64,000 nt of DNA from Bacillota bacterium (GTDB lineage Bacteria > Bacillota > GCA-003054495 > Carboxydocellales > JAJZSN01). The stretch is taken from assembly GCA_021849745.1 (NCBI GenBank), contig JAJZSN010000003.1, positions 891 to 64,890 on the forward strand. The letters run 5' to 3'. The notes beneath the pieces were generated by a model that saw only the letters and a program-made list of their open reading frames with translations, made no database searches and was not told the origin of the DNA. The translations under genes and the position numbers were made by a program. This document shows, one piece after another, positions 52,044 to 64,000 of the stretch; positions within the stretch are counted from its first letter, which is position 1; each line of letters begins with the position of its first letter.

Positions 52044-53684
52044 ATGAAGCCAATTTACGTTATCGGTCACTTGAATCCGGATACCGATTCCATTTGTTCG
52101 GCTATCGCCTACGCCCATCTGAAGGCTGCGTTGACCGGGGAGGAAGTGGTGGCGGCCCGGGCTGGTAAGATTAATCAGGAGACCAGGTTTGTGCTGGATT
52201 ATTTTGGGGTGGAAGAACCTTTCTACATAAGAGATGTGAAAGCCAGGGTAGGGGATATGCTGACCGGGGAGGCTCCGGTGGCTATGTTGCCCTGCACACC
52301 TTTGAGGGAAGTAGGCATTCTAACCAGAAACCATAATGCCAAAACCATCCCGATTGTGGATGAGGACAATCATTTGCTGGGTATTATAACTTTGGGGGAT
52401 ATTGCCCAGAAGTATATGGAGGAACTGGGCCTGGAAAATCTGGGCCAGATGCATGTAACTGTGGATAATATCCTGCGGACTCTCAACGGGCGGTTGGTGG
52501 TAGCCCAGGAGAAGACCGGGGAGTTAAAGGGCAATGTGATTATCGGGGCCATGGATTCCACCACCCTGGAGCGGTTCGTAAAGAAAGGGGATGTAGTGCT
52601 GCTGGGTGACCGGGAGCGGGCCCAGTTGGCAGCCATCAAGGCCGGGGCCGCTTGCCTTATTATCACAGGCAGCCACACTACCACGGATAAGGTGCGTCAG
52701 GAAGCCAAGAAAGCCGGAGTGGTGATTATTAGCGTGCCTCATGATACCTTTGCCACCGCCCGGTTGATTAACATGAGCACCCCGGTGGAGGCCATGATGC
52801 AGACGGAAAATATAGTATCCTTTGAGGCGGATGACCTGGTGGATGAGGCCCGCAAGGTGATGTTGGAGACGAGGTTTCGTAATTACCCAGTAGTGGACGA
52901 TGATAATCATCTGTTGGGGGTGGTTTCCCGGTATCATTTGCTCGCTTTAATGAGGAAAAAGGTCATACTGGTGGATCATAATGAAAAAAGCCAGGCAGTG
53001 CCTGGGCTGGAGCAAGCGGAAATCCTGGAGGTCATCGATCATCATCGTTTAGGGGATGTGACTACAGGGGAGCCTATTTATTTCCGTAATGAGCCGGTAG
53101 GTTGTACGGCTACCATCGTTACTTCTATGTATAATGAGCAGGGGGTAGAGATTCCTTCTAAAATAGCAGGTTTATTGCTGGGGGCCATTCTTTCCGACAC
53201 AGTAATCTTTAAATCTCCTACCTGTACCCCCAGGGACCGGGTGGCGGCCCAGCAACTGGCGGCCATTGCCGGGGTGGAGGCGGAAGAATTTAGCCGGGAG
53301 ATGTATAAGGCCGGGACATCTTTAGCAGGCCGTACCCCTAAGGAAATCATCTTTGAAGATTTTAAGGAGTTTCACATGGGGGACTTGTATGTGGGTATCG
53401 GCCAGGTAGAGACCATGGATTCGGGGTCGGTAGCCCAATTAATGGATGAACTATTGCAGGAAATGGGAACCATTAAGGAGAATAAGGGCTATGATCTGGT
53501 TCTGCTGATGGTCACCGACATCCTCCAGGAAGGAACTGAACTGCTGGTGGTTGGCGACCGGGTTGAAGTGGTGGAAAAGGCTTTTAGCGCCAAGTTGGAT
53601 GGCGGCAAGACCTTCTTGCCCGGGGTCATGTCCCGCAAGAAACAGGTGGTTCCGCCGTTGAGTAGGTTTCTGGCGGGGAAATAG
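52044..53684 (+). CDS. Family II (DHH) inorganic pyrophosphatase with inserted CBS/DRTGG regulatory domains
   Basis: HLNPDTDS, VDHNE and IDHHRLGD DHH motifs. There are two CBS-like segments and a C-terminal DHHA2 domain. Confidence 0.9.
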   Translation: MKPIYVIGHLNPDTDSICSAIAYAHLKAALTGEEVVAARAGKINQETRFVLDYFGVEEPFYIRDVKARVGDMLTGEAPVAMLPCTPLREVGILTRNHNAKTIPIVDEDNHLLGIITLGDIAQKYMEELGLENLGQMHVTVDNILRTLNGRLVVAQEKTGELKGNVIIGAMDSTTLERFVKKGDVVLLGDRERAQLAAIKAGAACLIITGSHTTTDKVRQEAKKAGVVIISVPHDTFATARLINMSTPVEAMMQTENIVSFEADDLVDEARKVMLETRFRNYPVVDDDNHLLGVVSRYHLLALMRKKVILVDHNEKSQAVPGLEQAEILEVIDHHRLGDVTTGEPIYFRNEPVGCTATIVTSMYNEQGVEIPSKIAGLLLGAILSDTVIFKSPTCTPRDRVAAQQLAAIAGVEAEEFSREMYKAGTSLAGRTPKEIIFEDFKEFHMGDLYVGIGQVETMDSGSVAQLMDELLQEMGTIKENKGYDLVLLMVTDILQEGTELLVVGDRVEVVEKAFSAKLDGGKTFLPGVMSRKKQVVPPLSRFLAGK

Positions 53685-53696
53685 CTGGAGGTTCAT

Positions 53697-54545
53697 ATGG
53701 ATTCAAGGCTCCTGGTGGTGATATTTTTCACCACGGTTATCCATTGGTTTAATACGGTAAATTATTCGGTACGTTTAGCCGGGGTGCGGACGCAGCGGTT
53801 GGCCCTGGCTTTTTCCCTTTGGAATGTATTATGGCTGGTTTCCAGTACTGCCAATACCATTCAGGCGCCTCTGATGGGTAAAATCGTGGATGAGAGTATT
53901 AACAAACTGCCAAACCTGGACCATAACCAATTAACCTCCCTACCTTTGTATCAACAAACCCTGGAGATTCTTAATTCCGAGTTCAGGCTGGTTTTGTTGG
54001 CAGCTTTGGTAGGGACTATTTTGGGGTCTCTGTCTATACCCAGCTTTGTAAGGATATTTGCTAAAGGAATCATTGCTTTTGAACAGGCCGGCTCTATTCC
54101 CCGATTGATCAAAATGGTCTTTTCACCGGTGAAAATAAAGGGTTTGGCTAAGAATATCAGTCTTCCCCGGACCAGGGTCATAGGGGAGGTTGGAAAAAAA
54201 GGGATACCCAAGCGTTTAATTGTCCTAAACACCCTGACCACCGGAATTTTTACCACAGGAGTGTTGTCGGCTATGTTTGCGGGGGCCATCAATCCTGAGT
54301 TGCGGGCTACGGCTGTTACTCTGTCCTCCATTGTTAATGGAGGAGCTCAGATTTTATCTGCCACCCTGGTAGACCCTAAGGTGGCTTCCATTGTGGACCA
54401 GGCTTTGCGGGGTATCCGTTCGGAAGAGGATGTCAAAAACCTGACTATGTACCTGGCTTTTAGCCGAATTGCCGGGGCTTTGCTGGCCCAGGTCTTTTTC
54501 GTGCCGGCGGCCTGGATTATTGTTTATGTGGCTAGAATTATCTAA
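53697..54545 (+). CDS. amj: Amj-family lipid II flippase (DUF2837)
   Basis: The N-terminus ...TTVIHWFNTVNYSVRLAGVRTQRLALAFSLWNVLWLVSSTANTIQAPL resembles B. subtilis Amj (YdaH) as I recall it. It is a polytopic protein of about 280 aa. Confidence 0.7.
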   Translation: MDSRLLVVIFFTTVIHWFNTVNYSVRLAGVRTQRLALAFSLWNVLWLVSSTANTIQAPLMGKIVDESINKLPNLDHNQLTSLPLYQQTLEILNSEFRLVLLAALVGTILGSLSIPSFVRIFAKGIIAFEQAGSIPRLIKMVFSPVKIKGLAKNISLPRTRVIGEVGKKGIPKRLIVLNTLTTGIFTTGVLSAMFAGAINPELRATAVTLSSIVNGGAQILSATLVDPKVASIVDQALRGIRSEEDVKNLTMYLAFSRIAGALLAQVFFVPAAWIIVYVARII

Positions 54546-54557
54546 ACCATTTCCTGA

Positions 54558-57351
<2,794 letters not shown>

Positions 57352-57416
57352 AGTTAAACTACCTTTCTGAGGGCGTTATTACTTTTATTATATCCAATAA
57401 GTATAATTTCCACTAA

Positions 57417-58482
57417 AAAATTAGGGCTGTTGCAATTGAATCCGACCCCGCCTGCTGCTCTACTTTGAGAAAAAATGAACCCGAACTAAAGATAATTGAA
57501 GATAGAATTGAAAATGTTTCGTCTGAGATAATATTACAGACAGCTAATTTAAAGCCTCTTGAGGCTGCTTTAGTTATAGGAGGACCACCATGCCAACCCT
57601 TTAGTTTAGCCGGTAATCGAAAAGGTTTAGAAGACCCTAGGGGATATTTAATAAAAGAGTTCATCAGAGTAGTGAGGGAAACATTGCCTGTTGGTTTTGT
57701 TTTTGAGAATGTCCGGGGTTTACTTAATTGGGACAAAGGAAAAGCGATTGATTTAATTATCGAAGAACTATCAAAACCAATAGCACATGATGGATTGATA
57801 TATAAATATACATTAGCAAAACCTACCGTACTAAATGCAGTAGATTTTGGTGTTCCGCAAAACCGTGAACGTGTTTTTATTGTCGGTAATAGATTAGGGA
57901 AAAGCTTTACTTTTCCCAATCCAACTCATTTTTCTATTGAGCAAGTGAATCTATTTGGTATTCAGCCATACAAGACGGTTTGGGATGCTATTAAGGATTT
58001 ACCTGTTCCAGAAGAACCTTCCGAGGTTGCTAGACGTGTTTCGAAAAAAATAAAGCAGAGGATTGTTAATCATGGATACTAAAAATTCAGTTCCTAACCA
58101 TCAATTAACTGCCCATGCGTCTACAACTGTTGAAAAAATTAAGAAGGTACCTATTGGATCAAAGCTTTCAAATATTCAAAAGACCTTTGGTTCAACTTAT
58201 CGCCGTCTCGACCCTAACAAACCTTCTCTCACTGTTGCCAGAAGTGGTTACAGAGATTTTATTCACCCTTTTGAGGATAGAATGCTTACTGTGCGTGAGC
58301 TTGCGTGTTTACAAAGTTTCCCTACGAATTGGGAGTTTGTCGGAGTACGTTTAGATTCATATAGTTCAAAAAGAAACACTACTATGACTCAATTTGGCCA
58401 AGTTGGTAATGCTGTTCCACCCGATTTAGCTGAGGCGGTAGCAAAAGCTCTTATGAAACAAATTTTTGAGGGTGATAGATAA
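57417..58482 (+). pseudogene. C5-cytosine DNA methyltransferase lacking motif I and split in the variable region
   Basis: The frame opens after TAA 57414-57416 as KIRAVAIESDPACCSTL... (post-motif-I region). Motifs present are GGPPCQPFS (IV), ENV (VI) and QNRERVFIVG (VIII). After a frame change at about 58054-58082 come RMLTVRELACLQSFP (IX) and GNAVPP (X). No FxGxG-coding sequence lies upstream. Confidence 0.8.
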
Positions 58483-59191
58483 TGCCGAAAGTTCCGAAAG
58501 AGGTTACTATAGAGAGTTATACTTTAAGATCCACATTTTTCTTAGGAAAATTAGAATCTCTTGGATTTTTTCAGTTATTTGAAGATATTAAAAAGATTGG
58601 TGCGGAGCATGGTCCTGCTTATTCTTGGGAAAACCGAGGTGAGTGGGGTATAGCTGAAGATGCCTGGGAAAAAGTACTAGCCAACCATATTGACCCTTTA
58701 CTTGTTTTTGTACATCCAAATATTTTGCTGATTCATCCTTGTTTTCTGCGCTATTATAGATCAATAGCACAACTCCCCCAGAAAGGCATCCAGCGATTAT
58801 CTGGTTTATCTGGGGTAGAAAAAATTGAGAAAGGTCGAGGATTAATTCCCGAAGAAAAGTTACCGTTTGTACTTAAAACGGTTAATCATAGGTAATACGT
58901 TCGTTGATTTTACGATCATTACTCAAAAATGATGAGGTTATTGCGTTTACTGATAAAAAGAATAAATCATCCACCCTTATTGATTGGGAAGGTCTTGATC
59001 CTGTAGCGGAGATCAATGAAATACGATCGATTACAACTAAAAATGGCTCAATTATTGTTTTTTCTTCGGAGCCTGATATCAAACTTCTTAATAAAGAAGG
59101 GGAAGTTTTAGGAGGGGTTGAAATTAAGGCCGGTTTAGACCCAGCCGGGGCATTAGAAAAGGTCTTTGGAGGATTCGTAGTTCAAAGTTAA
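58482..59191 (+). pseudogene. Type II restriction endonuclease-like gene, frameshifted and probably 3'-truncated
   Basis: The start overlaps the methyltransferase stop (ATAATG). Two ORFs (58482-58895 and 58904-59191) meet at a 1-nt frame change near 58886-58895. The PD-(D/E)xK-like motif is SSEPD...VEIKAG. Confidence 0.55.
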
Positions 59192-59260
59192 AGATTTAGG
59201 CGGTGTGAATCTTAGATTTAGTAGAGAGACTATTTTTACTAATTATCGAAGGAGAGGTAA

Positions 59261-59634
59261 GATGAGAAAGGTTTTTAAATTACTTGTTACCTTACTACTG
59301 CTACTTGCTATGGGTTTGACGGGGTGTGCTAAGGTGGCCAAAGAGGAGCCTAAAGGGTGAAACTTTGATGATGGCTAAAGAAAAGGAGGCTTATACCCTG
59401 GTTGATGAAGCTACTTACCTGACCAATGAGAATAATTTACAAGTGCTGGTTCAAGGGGATAAATCCCTTCTTAACCCTTACGGGGTGATTGGCGTTAAGT
59501 CCGCTAAGAATCCTAAAGTAGTGGATAGCTTCATCAGTTTTATAACCGGTGAGGAAGGTCAGAAGGTCATCGGTAACTACGGTAAAGATAAGTATGGTAA
59601 AGCAATATTCACACCTGAAGCTAAGAAGAGATAG
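59261..59634 (+). pseudogene. Tungstate/molybdate-type ABC substrate-binding lipoprotein with a large internal deletion
   Basis: MRKVFKLLVTLLLLLAMGLTGC signal/lipobox ORF stops at 59359. An out-of-frame ORF encodes only the C-terminal ~90 aa (...KEAYTLVDEATYL...GDKSLLNPYGVI...GQKVIGNYGKDKYG...), which looks TupA-like. Confidence 0.65.
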
Positions 59635-59678
59635 GAGTCAAGGTTATAGACCGTTATGAGCGCTTGGAGATATATGGG

Positions 59679-59713
59679 TTAGTCCTCTTTTACAGTAAAA
59701 GAGGACTAATTTT
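59679..59713 (+). terminator. Rho-independent terminator
   Basis: The 13-bp stem TTAGTCCTCTTTT/AAAAGAGGACTAA has a 5-nt loop and is followed by TTTT. Confidence 0.8.
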
Positions 59714-59723
59714 CAAAAACCTA

Positions 59724-59752
59724 TTGACAATGACTATCAATGTCACTATAAT
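59724..59752 (+). promoter_or_regulatory. Consensus sigma-A promoter of the iron ABC operon
   Basis: TTGACA (59724-59729), a 17-nt spacer, then TATAAT (59747-59752). Confidence 0.7.
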
Positions 59753-59769
59753 TGGTATCAAGACAAAGT

Positions 59770-59784
59770 TGATAATAATTATCA
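59770..59784. promoter_or_regulatory. Fur box (7-1-7)
   Basis: TGATAATAATTATCA matches TGATAATNATTATCA at every position. A second, weaker site TGACAATGACTATCA (59725-59739, 12 of 14) overlaps the -35/spacer. Confidence 0.7.
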
Positions 59785-59856
59785 GACGGGAGGATGATGA
59801 TTTAAAGCTTGAAGGGTAAATCCCTTATTAATAAAAATTAGAGAGGTGGAAAAACA

Positions 59857-61278
59857 TTGAAAACTGCATTGTTGGGAAGTAAAGATACCATAAATAAATT
59901 AATGGCGTTATTATTGGTTTTTGGTTTAATTTTTGGAGCTTTCCCCATAATTCCGGGGCAAGCCACAGCTGATGCCAATGAAAACATTAAAGTCGTTATT
60001 AACGGAAAGGCTGCAAAATTTGATGTAGCTCCTAAGTCAATCCAAGGCACCACTTTGGTTCCCTTCCGGGGTGTTGCGGAAAACCTGGGTGGTAAAGCTG
60101 TTTGGGAAGAAAAATCCCGTTCGGTAACCGTAACCAAAGGTTCAATAGTATTAAAACTGACCATTGGTAGTAAGACTGCTTACATAAATGGTGAGAAAAC
60201 CAGTTTAGCTGTGGCACCTCAATTAGTTAACAACCGCACCTTAGTACCCCTACGTTTTATCAGTGAAGGCTTTGGTTATGACGTAAATTGGAATGGTACA
60301 ACTAAAACCGTTACCATCAGTGAAAAGAAAAATACCCCGGTAAAAAAAGGGGGAATAGTTAACATCTATACTTCCCGTCATTATGGCGTAGAACCGGTAT
60401 TCGCTGAGTTTACCAAAGAAACAGGTATTAAAGTGCGGTTTACCACCGGTGGTGATGCTGTATTGCGGGAAAGGCTTAAAGCTGAAGGTAAAAACACTCC
60501 TGCCGATATTTACATGGCGGTAGATGCAGGTAACCTTTGGTTAGCCGCTCAGGATGGCCTGTTACAATCAGTTAACAGCACAACCCTTAAAAATAATGTC
60601 CCTGAAAACGTGCGGGATGACAAAAATCGTTGGTTTGGTTTCACCAAGCGGGTGCGGACTATTATGTATAACCCCGCTAAGGTTAAAGCTTCAGAGGTAA
60701 CCTCTTATGAAGACCTGGCAGATCCTAAGTGGAAGGGCAAACTGATTTTACGCCCCGGCACCCATGTTTACAACCAATCTCTGGTTGCCAATCTTATTGC
60801 CACTTACGGACCTGAAAAAACTGAAAAGATTCTTAAAGGCTGGATGGCCAATGAGCCAAAATTCATTGACAGTGACAGCAGAATTTTAGAAACCCTTGCC
60901 GCCGGTGGCGGAGATGTTGCCATCACCAACCATTATTACTTAGGTCGTTTAGTGGAAAAGGATTCTTCCTTCCCAATCAAAGTACAATGGGCGGATCAAG
61001 ATGGTAAGGGAGTTCATGCCAATATCAGTGGCGCCGGGGTGACAACCCATGCTGAAAACAAAGAAAATGCCATCATTTTATTAGAATGGTTAAGCAGTCC
61101 CAAGGGACAAAAGTTATTTGCCGATACTAACCATGAGTATCCAACTAATCCCAATGTTGCCCCTCATGAGGTTATTGCCAAGTTTGGGAAATTTAAGGAA
61201 GACAGTTTGGATAAAGGCGAGTTCGGCCGCTTACAGGCAGAAGCTGTTAAATTAATGGAGAAGGTTGGCTATAAATAA
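59857..61278 (+). CDS. Fe(3+) ABC substrate-binding protein (FbpA/AfuA type) fused to an N-terminal copper-amine-oxidase-N-like stalk domain
   Basis: Signal peptide. Next, VVINGKAAKFDVAPKSIQGTTLVPFRGVAENLG...NNRTLVPLRFISEGFG is the CuAO-N1 repeat pattern. Then IVNIYTSRHYGVEPVFAEFTKETGIKV... is the iron SBP. Confidence 0.85.
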   Translation: MKTALLGSKDTINKLMALLLVFGLIFGAFPIIPGQATADANENIKVVINGKAAKFDVAPKSIQGTTLVPFRGVAENLGGKAVWEEKSRSVTVTKGSIVLKLTIGSKTAYINGEKTSLAVAPQLVNNRTLVPLRFISEGFGYDVNWNGTTKTVTISEKKNTPVKKGGIVNIYTSRHYGVEPVFAEFTKETGIKVRFTTGGDAVLRERLKAEGKNTPADIYMAVDAGNLWLAAQDGLLQSVNSTTLKNNVPENVRDDKNRWFGFTKRVRTIMYNPAKVKASEVTSYEDLADPKWKGKLILRPGTHVYNQSLVANLIATYGPEKTEKILKGWMANEPKFIDSDSRILETLAAGGGDVAITNHYYLGRLVEKDSSFPIKVQWADQDGKGVHANISGAGVTTHAENKENAIILLEWLSSPKGQKLFADTNHEYPTNPNVAPHEVIAKFGKFKEDSLDKGEFGRLQAEAVKLMEKVGYK

Positions 61279-61284
61279 AATTAG

Positions 61285-62964
61285 TTGAGGTTATATGAAG
61301 CTATGAAAAATTATACTTCGGTAGTTAATAAACTTCTACCCGGGCGGGGGAGGCTCTTAAGCCTTCCTGCCCTTCCCTTTTTGATTGCGGTTTTAATAAT
61401 TGCTCCCATTTTAGTGGTTGCATCAACTCTTTTGACTCCCACCTGGGATATTTGGCAGCACCTTTGGGAAAATTTGTTGCCCGAAATGATGCGCAATACA
61501 GCCCTTCTCTTAATAGGAGTAGGGGTAGGTACTTTTGTTATAGGGGCCGGTTTGGCCTGGCTGGTGGTGGCGTATCGCTTCCCCGGCCAATCGGTGTTTG
61601 AATGGCTTTTGATTTTACCTCTGGTTATTCCTACATATATAATGGGCTTTATCTATATGTCCACCTTTGATTTTGCCGGTCCGGTGCAGACCTTTTTACG
61701 GCAATGGCTGGGCAGTTCGGATTGGTTCCCGGAGATTCGCTCCGGGGCAGGGGCCGTTTTAGTGATGACCTTGGCTCTTTATCCTTATGTTTATATGTTG
61801 GCCAAAGCAGGGTTTCAGGGGCTTTCCTCCACTGCTTATGAAGCGGCCCGGGTTATGGGTATGGGACCAGGCAAATTTCTCCTGAGAATTGCTCTGCCTC
61901 TTGCCAGGCCCGCTATAGCCGGGGGGGTAGCCTTGGCCCTCATGGAAACCTTGGCTGATTTTGCCACTGTACGGTATTTCAACTTTCCTACCCTTTCGGA
62001 GGGGGTGGTGAGGGTTTGGAATGGTATGATGGATTTGGATGCGGCCCGGGAATTAGCGGGCTTGCTGGCTATGGTGGCTTTGGTATTAATCTTGTTTGAA
62101 ACCACCCTAAGGGGACGGTCTCGTTACTATCAGACTGGAGGTAAATCCCCCGGGATACCCCGAACCCAACTGGTTGGATGGCGTAAATGGGGGGCAACGG
62201 CTTTATGTACAATGGTGGTGGCTGTGGCCTTTGGTCTACCTGTGTTGCAGTTGGTGTTGTGGGCATCGGAAGAAATTACCGCTATGCCTGAAGGAACTAT
62301 CGAGGTTTATACGGCCTTGATTATGAACAGCATCCTACTGGCCGGTTTGGCATCCTTATTTGCTGTAATTGCTGCTTTGGTAATGGCCAGCGGTGTGCGT
62401 ATCACCGGTGGAAAATTGGTAAAATTCCTGGCCAGGGCCGCCACCATAGGTTATGCTATGCCGGGGGCGGTGATTGCGGTAGGGATTTTGTTAACAGTAA
62501 CCACCCTGGATAACAGCCTCAACACCCTAATAGAACAATATTGGGAAGGTGGTCTTGGGCTGTTGATAACCGGTTCAATCATCGGCCTGGTGTACGGGTA
62601 TGTGGTGCGTTACATGGCTGTTGCATATAACAGTATCGATGCCGGTATGGAGAAGATGACCCCTAATCTCACCCTGGCTGCTCGGATCTTGCGGGCCAGC
62701 CGGTGGCGGATCATGTGGCGGATTCACTTACCTTTGGTGGCGCCTGGAATTTTCGCCGGAGCGGCCCTGGTTTTTGTGGATGTAATGAAGGAATTACCCA
62801 TAACCGTTATGTTGAGGCCCTTTGGATATGACACCTTGGCGGTTTGGGTCTGGCAAATGGCTGCGGAATCCATGTGGTCCGGCGCTGCTTTACCTGCCTT
62901 AACCATCCTGCTGGTGGGCTTAATACCAGTGATTTATTTGACTCGGATTTCAGCCGGTAAATAA
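61285..62964 (+). CDS. Fe(3+) ABC transporter permease (duplicated 2x6 TM, FbpB type)
   Basis: 559 aa with two EAA-type loops (...YEAARVMGMGPGKFLLRIALPLARPA... and ...LAARILRASRWRIMWRIHLPLVAP...). Confidence 0.9.
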   Translation: MRLYEAMKNYTSVVNKLLPGRGRLLSLPALPFLIAVLIIAPILVVASTLLTPTWDIWQHLWENLLPEMMRNTALLLIGVGVGTFVIGAGLAWLVVAYRFPGQSVFEWLLILPLVIPTYIMGFIYMSTFDFAGPVQTFLRQWLGSSDWFPEIRSGAGAVLVMTLALYPYVYMLAKAGFQGLSSTAYEAARVMGMGPGKFLLRIALPLARPAIAGGVALALMETLADFATVRYFNFPTLSEGVVRVWNGMMDLDAARELAGLLAMVALVLILFETTLRGRSRYYQTGGKSPGIPRTQLVGWRKWGATALCTMVVAVAFGLPVLQLVLWASEEITAMPEGTIEVYTALIMNSILLAGLASLFAVIAALVMASGVRITGGKLVKFLARAATIGYAMPGAVIAVGILLTVTTLDNSLNTLIEQYWEGGLGLLITGSIIGLVYGYVVRYMAVAYNSIDAGMEKMTPNLTLAARILRASRWRIMWRIHLPLVAPGIFAGAALVFVDVMKELPITVMLRPFGYDTLAVWVWQMAAESMWSGAALPALTILLVGLIPVIYLTRISAGK

Positions 62965-62997
62965 GATAACTTACTTTTCAACAGGAGGCTAGGACAA

Positions 62998-64000
62998 ATG
63001 GCGGTTCTTCAAGATAAAGGTTCTTCCAGGGTGGAATTACACAATGTATCACGGTTTTTCGGAGATGTTAAGGCGGTAAACGAGGTTTCTTTTAGCATTG
63101 AAGAGGGAGAATTCTTCTCTTTGCTAGGACCTTCAGGGTGTGGTAAAACCACCACCCTTAGGTTGATTGCAGGACTGGACCGTCCTGATGCCGGCACCAT
63201 TACCATCGGTCAGGAAGGGGTGGCCGGAGAGAAGGTTTGGGTAGGCCCGGAGAAAAGGGGTATTGGTATAGTTTTTCAAGACTACGCCTTATTTCCCCAT
63301 ATGACGGTAGAACAAAACATAGCCTTTGGCTTAGATGGCCTCAACAAGGAAGAGGCTCGCCAAAGAACTGAAGAGATGTTAACAGTGGTAGGGTTGGTAG
63401 GCCTGGGGAAGCGTTATCCTCATGAGATCTCAGGAGGACAGTGCCAGCGGGTGGCGTTAGCCAGATCCCTCGCTCCGTTGCCTAAAGTAATTCTTTTGGA
63501 TGAGCCATTTTCCAACCTGGATGCCGACCTGCGGGAAGAATTGCGTAATGAAACAAGGCGCATTCTTAAGGAAAGAGGTACCACCACCATTTTGGTTACC
63601 CACGATCAGGAGGAGGCTTTTTCCTTGTCGGATCGGGTGGGGGTACTTAACCTTGGTAGATTGGAACAGATTGGCACTCCGGCGGAAATCTATCATCACC
63701 CCAGTACTCGTTTTGTGGCTGATTTTGTGGGTAAAGCAGATTTCGTGGCCGGTTCGGTAGAGGGAGGAGTGGTAGTTTCTGATATCGGCTCCTTTCCGTT
63801 GAATGGTGAAAAAATAAATGACAGTAATGCTGTAGAGATTATGATTCGGCCCGATGATGTTGATTTCGTGGAAGATGGGGGAGGTAATGCCACCATTGTT
63901 GAGGCTCGTTTTCTGGGAGCTTCCATAATGTATATAATGCAGCTTAGTAACGGAAAGGTGCTTCATTCTTTAAAGCCCTCTACTAAAGCTATTCCCACGG
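62998..64000 (+). CDS. Fe(3+)/polyamine-type ABC transporter ATP-binding protein, 3'-partial (runs off the window)
   Basis: This ORF is not in the ORF track because it has no stop in the window. AGGAGG lies 9 nt before ATG 62998. Walker A GPSGCGKTT, signature ISGGQCQRVALAR, Walker B ILLDEPFSNLD. Confidence 0.9.
   Translation, partial: MAVLQDKGSSRVELHNVSRFFGDVKAVNEVSFSIEEGEFFSLLGPSGCGKTTTLRLIAGLDRPDAGTITIGQEGVAGEKVWVGPEKRGIGIVFQDYALFPHMTVEQNIAFGLDGLNKEEARQRTEEMLTVVGLVGLGKRYPHEISGGQCQRVALARSLAPLPKVILLDEPFSNLDADLREELRNETRRILKERGTTTILVTHDQEEAFSLSDRVGVLNLGRLEQIGTPAEIYHHPSTRFVADFVGKADFVAGSVEGGVVVSDIGSFPLNGEKINDSNAVEIMIRPDDVDFVEDGGGNATIVEARFLGASIMYIMQLSNGKVLHSLKPSTKAIPT

Noticed and set aside
57413-57919. 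168-aa minus-strand ORF
   Set aside because: It is antisense to the methyltransferase remnant, whose motifs IV, VI and VIII are unambiguous on the plus strand.
58044-58050. A7 tract in the methyltransferase as a phase-variation switch that could fuse the two methylase ORFs
   Set aside because: Both A6 and A8 variants run into stop codons within a few codons: TAA immediately, or TAA after 7 codons. Slippage here therefore cannot restore a single frame.
63457-63966. 169-aa minus-strand ORF
   Set aside because: It is antisense to the unlisted plus-strand ABC ATPase (62998 to the window end), which has Walker A, signature and Walker B motifs.

Overview
Mostly plus-strand chromosomal segment of a Clostridia-type Firmicute. 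The gene content suggests a Peptococcaceae/Desulfotomaculum-like organism, but that is an inference, not a search result.

Core genes, in order:
- hpt, guaA, and an amino-acid ABC importer with a LysR regulator.
- Single-chain purL.
- A DUF2157/GDYXXLXY membrane pair and a Kef-type antiporter.
- A guanine-class purine riboswitch, a purine permease, then purB-C-F-M-N-H-D.
- A DUF2889-like gene, an M24 peptidase, a KhtU/KhtT-like antiporter pair and yerC.
- hisZ, then hisG-D-(hisC wreck)-B-H-A-F-IE.
- A GAF/HD-GYP protein, pcrA, a CBS-type pyrophosphatase, amj and ligA.
- A PrcB/Gmad2-like lipoprotein and a Fur-boxed Fe(3+) ABC importer that runs off the window end.

AT-richer accessory patches (judged by eye):
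- 1-2430: a tRNA 3' fragment with its terminator, beside decayed AbiE/VbhA/zeta-like toxin-antitoxin genes.
- 7117-10471: an SLH-anchored MACPF protein with an AraC-type regulator.
- 39185-41575: an agrB-agrD-split-agrC cassette inserted between hisZ and hisG, with no agrA.
- 57417-59634: a dead type II restriction-modification pair and an internally deleted tungstate-binding-protein gene.

The most unusual signal is non-coding. At least 13 intergenic gaps of the pur, his, gua and pcrA operons hold in-phase heptanucleotide tandem arrays. The units are AGCTGTC/AGCTGAC, GTTCGTA, TTAGGGG and GTTNGAG types. Several arrays form long inverted arms, up to 27 bp perfect, in the order stop codon - arm - roughly 50-120 nt loop - inverted arm - SD - start. 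I do not recognise this family from Firmicutes.
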